From NCBI RefSeq assembly GCF_020745735.1, contig NW_026867491.1:186001-250000 (forward strand): DNA of 64,000 nt. The letters are read 5' to 3'. The notes beneath the pieces were generated by a model. That model made no database searches and was not told the DNA's origin. It was given only the letters and a program-made list of their open reading frames with translations. The position numbers and the translations under genes are program-made. Source of the DNA: Hemiscyllium ocellatum. Its lineage: Eukaryota. Shown here piece after piece: positions 1 to 10,183 of the stretch. Position 1 is the stretch's first letter. Every line of letters starts with the position of its first letter.

Positions 1-199
1 GCCCATTGGCCCACCTGAACAATTCTAATTTATAATGAACTCTCTTTCCTCTCTTATTCCCTAGAAGCTGAAAATCCCCATCCCACATACTCTCTTTCCA
101 TTTGCCGAACCTAATCCCTGCTGTACCTCATCCTGAAGGGTCTGCTTCATGCTGACTAACAGGCCCACACTCAGGAGAGATCTAATTGAAACACAGAAT

Positions 200-552
200 A
201 TGAATGGCCTGGACACGTGGATGTTGGGAAGATGTTTCCGTTGGTAGGAGAGACTCGGACCCGAGGGCACAGCCTCAGAGGAAAGAGAAGGCCTTTCAGA
301 ACAGAGATAAACATAAAACTCTTCAGCCATATAGTGGTGAATCTATGGAATTCACTGCCACAGAAGGTTGCAGAGGCTAGGTCATTGAGTACATTTAAGA
401 CTGAGACATATGTTCTTGAGTACCAAGGGGATCGAGGGTTATGGAGAGAAAGCAAGAGAATGGGATTGAGAAACCTGAGTCACAATTGAATGGTATGAGC
501 AGACTTGATGGGATGAATGGCCTACTTTCTGCTCCTATGTCTTATAGTCTCT
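200..552 (+). mobile_element. CR1-type LINE 3' end fragment
   Basis: ORF 217-489 ETRTRGHSL...FSHIVVNLWNSLPQKVAEARSLSTFK is the CR1 ORF2 C-terminus; the fragment ends in a ttctgctcctatgtcttat tail. Confidence 0.85.
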
Positions 553-1295
553 TGCTGTCCTGGACACAGTAAGAGAACTAGGAACAGAAGTCGGCCATTT
601 GGTCTTTCGAGCCTGCACCAGCATTGAACAAATCATAACTGGATATGAATCAAACTACATCTAAGTGGATAGGCTGGGACTTTTTCACTGGAGCACAGCA
701 GGTTGCTATGTGACCTTATAGAGGTTTATAAAATCATGAAGGATATAGATGAGGTGAACAGGGGTCTCCTTTCTCTAGGGTGGTTTCAAGATTATGCAGC
801 AAAGTTTGACGGTGAGTGGAGAAAGATTTTAAAATGATATGAGGGGCACCAGTTTTTAAAAAAAAAACACAGAGCGTGGTTTGTGTGTGGAATAAATGTC
901 CAGAGGAAGGATGCAGGTACCATAACAACGTTTCAAAGAAATTTGGACAAGTACATGAATAGGAAATGTTTGGAGGGATATGGGCCAAACACAGGCAGCT
1001 GGGACTAATTTAGTTTGAAAATATAGTCAGCATGGACTAGTTGGACTGAAACTGTTCTCAAACCATTTCCTTGCCTTCCCCCATAAACATCACTTCTTTG
1101 TTGTTCAAAAATCAGATGAACTCAGCCTTGAATACATTCAATGACCCCCTAACTGCAGGAAGGCATCCCCACTTCTGAACTCAATTCCTCTTGTTAATAT
1201 ACCACTTGCCTTGCTGATTGCTTGCTGCACCTGTCTGACAACTGGCAGTGACTGGTGTGGAATGACACTGAGCCCCCTTTGTACATTCACACATC

Positions 1296-1850
1296 ATTCC
1301 TGATGAAGGGCTCATGCCCAAAACGTCAACTCTCCTACTCCTTGAATGCTGCCAGACCTGCTGTGCTTTTCCAGTGCCACACTTTTCGACTCTGATCTCC
1401 AGCATCTGCAGTCCTCACTTGCTCCACATCCCAATACATCACCATTTAAACAATACACCTCCTTTCTGCTTTTTTTCACAGCAGAGGCTATAATTTTACA
1501 TTGTGGTACTGCATTTGCCATGTGCTTGCCAATTGTGGACTTCTTTACATCGGGGAGACTTGGGGAACAGTTCACCGAGCATCATACCTGGGCCTGCAGA
1601 GGCCACATGGACTTTCCAGTCACCAGCCATTTTAAATCCCCTTACCACTCCCTTTCTGACAAAACCATCTTTGGCCTCCTCCATTACCACAATGAATCAA
1701 ACTGCAAATTGGAGGAACAACATCTCATCTTCCGCCCGGGCTGCGTAGAGTTGGGAGGACTCAACATTGGGGAAGTAAATTTCAAATAAGCTCCCTATCT
1801 TTCTAGCTCCTCCTCTTCCTCCCTGCCACCAACCAGATTCCTTCCTCTCA
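1296..1850 (+). mobile_element. Penelope-like element fragments (terminal repeat with mutated hammerhead core plus GIY-YIG C-terminus)
   Basis: ORF 1346-1789 ends RLGEQFTEH..DFPVTSHF..LEEQHLIFR..GLNI, a PLE endonuclease tail. CTGATGAAGGGCTCATGCCCAAAACGTC lies at 1300-1327. Confidence 0.8.
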
Positions 1851-2469
1851 TTGACGGGGGCTAGAGGGTGGGGCTGTGGAGAACAGAAAGAAAATGGACG
1901 GGGGCTGGGGAGAATAGAGAGAGAATGGACGGGGACTGGGTGGTGCTGTGGAGAACAGAGAGAGAGAATGAGGGTGAGGGTGAGGAGAAGGCCTTGGGCG
2001 GGGGGAGAGAAAGGCCTGCAGGGCAGAGCATGGGGGACCCAGAGAAGGGGGGGGGGAAGGGTCTGAGAGGGAGAATGTGGGGATAGAGTGTTGGAGGGGG
2101 GGGAAGGGGAGACAATGATGTGGGGTGCAGAATGTGAGGAGAGACAGAGAATGGATGGGGCAGAGGGTGGGTGGAGAGAGAGAGAATGAGTGGCAAGGAG
2201 TGGGTGGGGGCGGTGGAAGAATGGGCAGATTTGGTGGAGAGAGAGAATAGACAGGGAACAGAGAGATGGAGAGTGGAGGGTGGATGGCGGGCAGAGGGTG
2301 GGGAGAGAAAAATGGACATGGGGCACTGTGGGTGGCAGGGTGGGAATGGACAGGAGGAGCTGTGGATGGACAGGGGGTGCTGAAAGTGGTGGGGGAACGG
2401 AGAGGAGGTGCTGTGGGTAGAAAGAAGGGAATGAGTGACCTCAACGACAATCTTTTTATACAGAGGGTG

Positions 2470-2539
<70 letters not shown>
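1850..2539. repeat. Purine-rich low-complexity tract followed by a (TG)n microsatellite (2473-2539) inside a CR1 3' fragment
   Basis: G/A-rich degenerate repeats and about 33 TG units, both directly visible. Confidence 0.9.
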
Positions 2540-2540
<1 letters not shown>

Positions 2541-3234
2541 TCTCTGTGTAAAACAAGCTACCAGGGAAGTGGTGGAGATGGGTACAATTACAATATTTAA
2601 AAGGCATCTGGGAGGGATATGGGCCAAAGGCTGGAACTTGGGACTGGGTCAGCTTGGGACATCTGGTCAGCATGGATGAGTTGAACCAAAGGATCTGTTT
2701 CCGTGCAGTGTCTCTAGATGCCTGTAACTCTATGATTGAAACCAGACCTTTTTACTGATAATCTTCCTGCTGGACTTTTGTAGTGCACCCAGTTTCAGGA
2801 GATTTGTGGTGGGTACAAGTGGCACATGTCTCCTATCATGGGAATTCTGGAAAATATAAAGGGGCTGTTAAAAGTACTTCAACTTTGGGAACGCTGGGTC
2901 ATGTGGAAGCAGGGCATTTGACAAACCTTTTCAGAAAAATTCTCTCCAACTGGTGGACTATAGACAGTTTTCCCATGGAATATTACACAGATATTAAGAA
3001 TGTTACCTTCTGTTAAACATTTTCCTGAAAAATGCAGAAGAATTCAACTTGCTAACGTGAAACAAATGTTGGAGAGAAAGGAAACTGCCAAGATCAAAAG
3101 GCTGATGAAAGTCAACATTTATCAGATTTTTTCGAGAACAGAAAAACCTGCACTGGAGACACCCTGAAGAGGGTTTTCTCATACCTATTCCTTCAATTAG
3201 TTTTGTATGTCTTAATTGTTAAGTCATACCTAGC

Positions 3235-4170
3235 ACATGGAAAGGTGGCTATGGTTTGTGGAGGTCAGTCATCTCGGCTTCCGGACAACTCTGCAGGAGA
3301 TCATAGGCCGAACCATCTTCATCAATGACCTTCCTCCATCATAAGTTCAGAAATGGAGATGTCGCAATAATTGCAGATGTTCAGTACTATAAACAACTCC
3401 TCACAAACTGAAGCAGTTCAGTTTGAAATGCTACAAGATCTTAACCATATCCAAAGGGCTGATGAGTGAATGCCACGCAAATGTCACACAATGAGTCATC
3501 CCCAAAAGAGATAATCTGACCACTGACCTGTGATATCAACAATGTTACTGTCACTAAATACCCCACGATCAATATCCTTGGGGTTTACCATTGAACAGAA
3601 ACTCAACTAGATGAACCATATATACACAGTGGCTACAAGAGCAGGTCAGAGGCCAGAAATACTGCAGTGAGTAACTCACCTCCTGACTCTCCAAAACGTA
3701 TTCGAACTTCTACAAGCCACAAGTTAGCACTGTAATGGAATATTCCCCACTAGCTTGGATGGGGTTCCAGCTTCAACTGTATTTGAAACGCTTCATACCA
3801 TCCAGGTCAATGTTACCTGCTTGATTGGGACCATATCCACTATTCAGAAGCAGTCGTATCTACAAGATGCACTGCAAAAATTTACCAAAGCACCTTACAA
3901 ATCGCCTTTCAAACTAAAATCCACTTCCATCAAGAAGGAACAGGGAAACAGATACATGGGAACACAACCTCTTGCAAGTACCCCTACAAGCCACTCACCA
4001 TCTTGACTTGGAAATGTGTCACTGGTCCAAATCCTGGAATTCCTTCCCTCAAGACATTGTGGGTCACCGTACAGGATGTGGACTGCAACGGTTCAAGAAG
4101 GCAGCTCACCACCACATTCTCAAGGAGAACCAAATGCTGGCCAGCCAGTGACGCCCATGTACCAAAAGTA
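3235..4170 (+). mobile_element. Degenerate LINE of the CR1/L2 group (RT C-terminal half and 3' tail)
   Basis: Broken motifs FINDLP and YK.QV..VMEYSPLAW; tail aaggcagctcaccaccac...aaatgctggccagccagtgacgccca. Confidence 0.7.
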
Positions 4171-4459
4171 GATTTTAATAAATTATTGAAACAGTGTTGT
4201 AATCTGCAAACTAAAGAAAATCAACGTTAAGAAGGGTCAGATGGAGGGCATTGATTCGGTGCTTATTTGAGAACAGATAAAGAGCGATTATACTGACACC
4301 GAATTGGAACTAGAGTTTAGAGTTAAACACCTGTAGTGTTCCACTCAATGTATAAATCTAAAATCGATGAAACATTTGCCCCTGACGTGTACTTCATTAA
4401 TACATGAATAGGACAATTAGGAAGGCATGTGGGATACTGGATTTCATGACATTAATGGC

Positions 4460-5030
4460 GCCTTCAATTCCCACGATCCCATGCGATGGAGACACCACTC
4501 TATGGGGCCCTGGCAGTGCGCATGCGTGCGGTGAGGCAAAGTTACTGAGTGCGGAAGAGAAATGGCGCCGGCGGCTGAAGGAACAAGAACAGAAACCGCT
4601 GGAAAAGCTGAGCAGGTCCGGCAGCTCGTGTTGAGAGAAATGTGAGGACGTGTTTCGGGTCTGGGGATCCTTCTTCAGAACAGGACCAGGTTTCAGAAAC
4701 ATCCCGGGGAGGTCGCCAGGTCCGAGCGCCAAGACCTGGCTCCTGCCCCCGGGGAGAGGAGACAGTGAGACAGGGTAGGATTGGGAACCGCGGGAGGAGG
4801 GAGACTGGGGAGTTTATAAACTCCTAGGGGGAGGCCGCAGGCCGCGAATAAAAACCTCCCCAGGCCCACTTCACCACCGAAGTTGCTCTCATGTTGCCCG
4901 GGCAACAGGGCGCCATCATTGTAAGGATAAGGCGCATGTTCACTTGGGGCGGGGAGCGCGGGCGGCCATCTTGGTGAGGGCACCATCAACCGTCACTTCC
5001 GGGAGAGAAATGACAGTTGGTGCCATTCAA
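4460..5030 (+). promoter_or_regulatory. CpG-rich promoter/first-exon module type A (probably for ZNF1; possibly bidirectional)
   Basis: High CpG. NRF1-like TGCGCATGCG (~4517), ZNF143-like TTCCCACGATCC (~4468), YY1-like AAATGGCGCC (~4560) and GGCCATCTT (~4964), palindromic RFX box GTTGCCCGGGCAAC (~4893), GC box, ETS CACTTCCGG (~4994). Confidence 0.65.
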
Positions 5031-5365
5031 CTAGAATGTCCTCATTTCACTCTGAGAGACCTGGCCCTGAGCCTGGTCTGTGTGTCATTAACACAGGAAA
5101 AGGGAGTGGGAGGGAGAGAGAGAGAGATCTGGAATGACACGAAGGCGAACTGTGAATTTGAGGTGAATGAATCTGATCATTTGTGGCGCTGGAACAGAAA
5201 CTGGGTACTTCCAAGATCGCAGTGACCAGGAGAGCATTGATGTGCTGATGTTATTTTCAGTTTGTAGACTGGGAAAAGAGAACACCAGGAGTGGAGGAAA
5301 GACATGATGAAGATGGATTTGAAATTCTATACAGGAGGAGGGATAACTTGAACCAGCATCCGCCC

Positions 5366-6032
5366 TTATCCCTCCAAACCCTTCCTGTTCATATACCCAT
5401 CCAGATGCCTTTTAAATGTTGCAATTGCACCAGCCTCCTCCACTTCCTCCGACAGCTCATTCCATCACTTACCACTCTCTGTGTGAAAAAGTTGCCCCTT
5501 TGGTCTCCTTTAAATTTTTCCCCTCCCATCCTAAACCTGTGTTCTATAGTTATCGACTCTCCCACCCCAGGGAGGAGACTTTGTCTATTTATTCTATCCT
5601 CATCATTTTATAAACCCTTATAAGGTCACCTCTTAGCATCCAACTCTCCATGGAAAACCGCCAGCCTGTTTAACTTCTCCCTATAGCTCAAATCTCTCAA
5701 CCCTGGCATCATCCTTGTAAATCTTTTCTGAACCATTTCAAGGTTCATACGTCCCTCTGATAGGAAGGAGACCAGAATTGCATGCGATATTCCAAAAGTG
5801 ACCTAACCAGTGTCATGTACAGCCGCAACATGACCTCCCAACTCCTGTACTCAATACTCTGACCGGTACAGGAAAGCATACCAAACACCTTCTTCACTAT
5901 CCTATCTAATTGCGACTCTGCTTTCAAGGAGCTACGAATCTGCACTCCAAGTTCACTTTGTTCAGCAACACTCCGTAGGACCTTACCATTAAATAGTTCT
6001 GCTAAGATTAGCTCAGGATTTGCCAATTGCAT
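5366..6032 (-). mobile_element. CR1 LINE 3' fragment
   Basis: Minus ORF 5745-6032 LGVQIRSSLKAESQLDRIVKK...LYMTLVRSLLEY.MQFWSP. Confidence 0.9.
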
Positions 6033-6779
6033 GACCTTGGACCATAGTTTGGGGTGTGGGTTACCAGCACCGGAATTTGTGAATGTTTAATCCCATCAAT
6101 TTTCCCAACACCATTTCCCCACAACTACTCATTTCCTTCAGTCCTGCTCTCAATGGACCTTGTGTTTCCCAACATTTTGGGGATGTTACCTGTGTCCTCC
6201 TTTGTGAGGATAGAAGCAACATGTGTGGTTAATTGATCTGCCATCTCTTTGTTCACATGAGACTTTTGCCTGTTCTAGTTGTTATTGTTTTCTCTAATCT
6301 TTTTTTGTCTTCACATACCCATTTTTGCCTTTTGATCAATCTTTTTGTTGAAACCTGAATTGCTGCCAGTCTTCAGATCTGCCACTTTATTTTTAGTCAA
6401 TTTGCACGCCACTCCTTTGGATCTAGTCCTATCCATCATGTCCCTTGTTAGCCATGTCTGTGCCACCTTCTGTGTTTTATTTTTTCAGACAGGAATGGAC
6501 AACTGTTGCAGTTCTTCCAAGTGCTCTTTAAATGTTTATCATTTCTTTCAATAATGTTCCCTCATTTGTTGTGGCCTGTTTGTGCCTCTGCCGTTGTAAT
6601 TTCCTTGCTTTAGATTTAAGCCCCCAGTCACAGAATCACCTCTGTTCCTCTCTATTTTAATGGAAAGTTCTCTCACTCAGTTCTACACTCTTCTGCAGGA
6701 GACCTCTTACAGCTACATGGCCATTTATTCCCTTCTCATGAAGAAATTAATATTTTGGAATTAAATTGCCATTGTTCAG

Positions 6780-7280
6780 CAGAACCATGGCCACTTTTGG
6801 AATGTTGTGTGCAGTTCTGGTCTCACTCCTATCAGAACGATGTTGTGAAACTTGAAAGGGTTCAGAAAGGATTTACTAGGATGTTGCCAGGGTTGGAGAT
6901 TTGATTGATAGGGAGAGGCCAAGCAGACTGAGGCTGTTTCCCCTTGTGCACTGGAGGCTGAAGTTGATAAAATCATGAGGGGCATGGATAGGGTAAAGAA
7001 TCAAGGTCTTTTCCTTGAGATGGGATACTTCAGAATGTAAGGGTAATAGGTTCAGGGTGGGGTGGGGAAGGAAAGTGAAAAAGTTGCCCCTCACGTCCCT
7101 TTTAAATTCAAAGGGCTGTATGTGTAAGGAACAAGCTGCTAGAGGAAGTGGTGGAGGCTGGTACAATCACAACATTTAAAAGGCCATCTGGCTGGATATA
7201 TGAATAAGAAGGGGGTTAAAGGAATATAGGCCAAGTGCTGGCAAATAGGCCTAGATTGATTCTGGATATGTGGTCGGCAT
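6780..7280 (+). mobile_element. CR1 LINE 3' fragment, partly rearranged
   Basis: gtgcagttctggtc...gaaacttgaaagggttcagaaaggatttactaggatgttgccaggg, shared with the other CR1 copies in the window. Confidence 0.8.
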
Positions 7281-8146
7281 GTTCACTTTCTCTCTGGTGT
7301 CGGGGTCAATACCTTAATGTCTCGTTTTCTCCCCCTTCCTGGGGACGTTAACCATTTCGTGTCTCATTGTTCATCAAGAAGCTGTGTTGCAGGTTCACCC
7401 TGACTTGACAGGTTTTGCTTCCCAAAATCAGACCTGCTCACTCTCAGCAATATTCCAGTGTTGGGAAAGAAACTAACTTTCAGATGGAGCTATCCAAAAT
7501 TCAGAGAGATGTCAGTCTTGATATTTTTGCTTTTCTGCTCCTGTAAGATCCTGAATCAGCACCTTCAGGGGAATTAGAGTGGATTGAGAACAGAGGGAGA
7601 GCGAGAGAGAGAGTAGGATGATGCTTTCAATTTTGTGGAATAACAAAAGAAAAGAACGTTCTGCAGAAAGTAGAGTTGCTTGTTCTGTATTTCTACCCTG
7701 GACTGACAGTGATGACTTTTGAAATCTTTTTTTTACAGAGTATTTGAAGATCTGAAGACAGAAGTTTCAAAGTCAACAGATGAAGGGCTTATGCTTGAAA
7801 CATCGACTTTCCTGCTCTTCGGATGCTGCCTGACCTGCTGTGCTTTTCCAGCACCGCACCTTTCGACACTGAGTGTCCAATGTCTGCAGTCCTCACTTTG
7901 ATGTCAATGTCTGACAGTCACTCAATCCATTGGAAACACAACAATTTTCGACTGTGATTCTGTGAGAAGGAGCAAAGCTTTTTGGTTCTTGTTTCTATAT
8001 GTTTTCAGAATCAGTGGGACTGGATGAGAGACCGTACTGTTGCAGTGCACTGAGTGTGGAGGCAGAAATAGTCATACGACTTGGAAAGAGGAATTTACGG
8101 CAGGGAGGGGCTCTACACATGTTTGTGTGCAGCTGAAGTTTTGGCC

Positions 8147-8863
8147 ATGGAGAAACCTGAGGGACCCTGCCCCGTAGAGAAACCATGTAAGTGTGGTGAC
8201 TGTGGGAAAAGTTTCCATTTCCCGTCTGCCCTGGAGACTCATCGGCGCACTCACACCGGGGAGAGGCCGTTCCCCTGCACAGAGTGTGGTAAGACCTTCA
8301 GCAATTCCTCTGACCTACTGAAGCACCAACGGGTCCACACGGGGGAGAGACCCTTCAGCTGTCCCAAATGTGGGAAGGGCTTTACCCAGGCCTCCAGTCC
8401 GCTGGCCCACCGGCAGGTCCACACCGGGGAGAGGCCGTTTCTTTGCACCAAGTGTGGGAAGGCCTTCAGCAATTCCTCCGCCCTGCTGAGGCATCAGCGG
8501 GTCCACACGGGGGAGAGGCCCTTCAGCTGCCCCGAGTGCGGGAAGGGCTTTACCCACACCTCCACCTTGCTGACCCACCGGCGGGTCCACACCGGGGAGA
8601 GGCCCTTCACCTGCCCCAAGTGCGGGAAAGCCTTCAGCAATTCATCCGACAGACTGAAGCACCAGCGGGCCCACACTGGGGAGAGGCCCTTCAGCTGCCC
8701 TGAGTGTGGGAAGGGCTTTACACATTCCTCCACCCTGCTGGCCCACCAGCGGGTCCACAGTGGGAAGTGGCCATTCACCTGCTCTTTGTGTGGGAAGGGA
8801 TTCACCCGCTCTTCCCACCTGCAGAGGCACCAGCGAGTTCACATGCCATGGCAGGGGGATTGA
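8147..8863 (+). CDS. C2H2 zinc-finger protein ZNF1 (8 tandem fingers, no KRAB seen)
   Basis: Open ORF with TGERPF linkers; gccATGG Kozak at 8147; splice acceptor ttttacag|AG at 7738/7739; AATAAA at 9397 and 9413. Confidence 0.9.
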   Translation: MEKPEGPCPVEKPCKCGDCGKSFHFPSALETHRRTHTGERPFPCTECGKTFSNSSDLLKHQRVHTGERPFSCPKCGKGFTQASSPLAHRQVHTGERPFLCTKCGKAFSNSSALLRHQRVHTGERPFSCPECGKGFTHTSTLLTHRRVHTGERPFTCPKCGKAFSNSSDRLKHQRAHTGERPFSCPECGKGFTHSSTLLAHQRVHSGKWPFTCSLCGKGFTRSSHLQRHQRVHMPWQGD

Positions 8864-8879
8864 AGGAGCAATGGCAGAG

Positions 8880-9145
8880 TCCCATTATCGACTGGACCCC
8901 TGGGTTTGAATCCCGTCGTGGCAGATGGCGGAATTGGAATTCGGTCAGAAGTCCGGAGTTCCGAATCTAACGATGAAACCATTTTTTGGGGGCAGGGGCT
9001 TGAGATCCCCCATCTGATTCACTCATGTCCTTTTTAGGAAAGGAAACTGCCGTTGTGGGAAAAGATTCCCTCAGTTGTCCCAGCTGCATCCTTTACCCGG
9101 GTGGCCTACATGTGACTCCAGACCCACAGCAGTGTGGTTAACTCC
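8880..9145 (+). mobile_element. Old tRNA-headed SINE embedded in the 3' UTR; paralogous copies follow ZNF2, ZNF3 and ZNF4
   Basis: B-box-like gggtttgaatccc, then ...catctgattcactcatgtc...ggaaaggaaactgccg...ggcctacatgtgactccagacccacagca. Same sequence at ~21975-22215, ~32720-33005 and ~43185-43470, with a free copy at ~53745-54090. Confidence 0.65.
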
Positions 9146-9420
9146 CCCACCTGCAGAAATGAACAGGGAGAAACTTGCTTGGATACAGGGTCTGGGTTGA
9201 AATTGCTGAGTGAGGCAATACTTCCCACGTGTTAAGGCTGTACCAAGGATCCAATTACAAAGGGATTACTCGGTGCTGACCAATAGTAAAGAAAGTTGGG
9301 GATGGGGGGGACTGTGTACGCTTTGAACTTGAACTGTTTTTTAAAAAAATAAGCTACTTTTTCTATGTCTTTTTGCTGGGGGGGATCTGAAGCTGTAATA
9401 AAGTTGGGTCTCAATAAAGG

Positions 9421-9927
9421 TCTATGGGGTGAATTTGCATTTGCAGGTACATTCAATTTTGATCAAAAAGCACACAACCTGCAGGCAGTTGATATATGTA
9501 ATATTTGTAAATTCCTACTTTAAAAATAGAACCAGTCTGATTCAAGATTGGGATACAGATCGACTCAAACCTCACACATTTTGTTGTTGTCTGACCTGAG
9601 ATGAAACCTATTTATATAAAACCTTAAGTCATCTCGAGAATCTGACTTCAAAGACTTTCTGGGATTTACACATTAACGAACTAAAACTTGCAACCTATTC
9701 TAAAAGACAAAAGACTTAACAACAATCTAGGTTTGTTCAATATATCTGATCAGTTGCACTATACTGTGATCTTTTGCTATAAATTCTGTCTTATGATCCT
9801 GCTCCACGGCTTCCTGGTGAAGGAGCAGCGCTCCGAAAGCTAGTGCTTCCAAATAAACCACTATAACCTGATGTGTGATTTTTTTAACTTGATCCAACCC
9901 AGTCCATCTCTGGCCCCTCCACATCAT
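9421..9927 (+). mobile_element. Penelope-like element 3' region (family 2), inserted just after the ZNF1 poly(A) signal
   Basis: Matches copies at ~17965-18370(-), ~19735-20060, ~33515-34305(-), ~40600-41095 and ~44145-44800(-). Hammerhead-like CTGGTGAAGGAGCAGCGCTCCGAAAGCTA at ~9814. Confidence 0.75.
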
Positions 9928-10183
9928 TTCTAGTGAAGGCAGCCCACTTACTGCTGGGCTCAGAATGTCATTGAAAGCTTTGAGCTCCAAGAGGTTTTTG
10001 TTTTAAAGCTGCTCATTTCATTTCAACCTCCTGCACTAAGTTCCCAATGTAGTGGAGCAGTGAATAAGTTGCTGGTATCGTTAGAAATTGTAAATTTTTC
10101 ATGAGTGCAGGTACTGCGTCATTTCATCAGCATTGTAAAGGTTACTGGCAGCACTGGGAGGTGTGGGCTGCCTTCACTAGAAA

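Larger units (their letters stand above)
1..1850 (-). other. Inverted paralogous copy of the ZNF intron block at ~16660-18950; probably the intron of a minus-strand ZNF gene whose coding exon lies left of the window
   Basis: 1-210 is the reverse complement of ~18720-18950; 1050-1260 of ~17240-17450; 1620-1770 of ~16760-16910. The order of nested repeat fragments is the same. Confidence 0.75.

Noticed and set aside
1697-2679. Several 200-270 aa ORFs
   Set aside because: They arise from purine-rich low-complexity DNA and a TG microsatellite that lack stop codons.
7775-7810. Active hammerhead in the ZNF1-4 5' UTRs
   Set aside because: The core reads CAGATGA rather than CTGATGA, and the GAAACGTC part is mutated in all four copies.
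4460-8146. KRAB, SCAN or BTB exon upstream of the finger arrays
   Set aside because: No such motif is recognisable in the ORF track or by eye. A short or divergent exon cannot be excluded without an HMM search.
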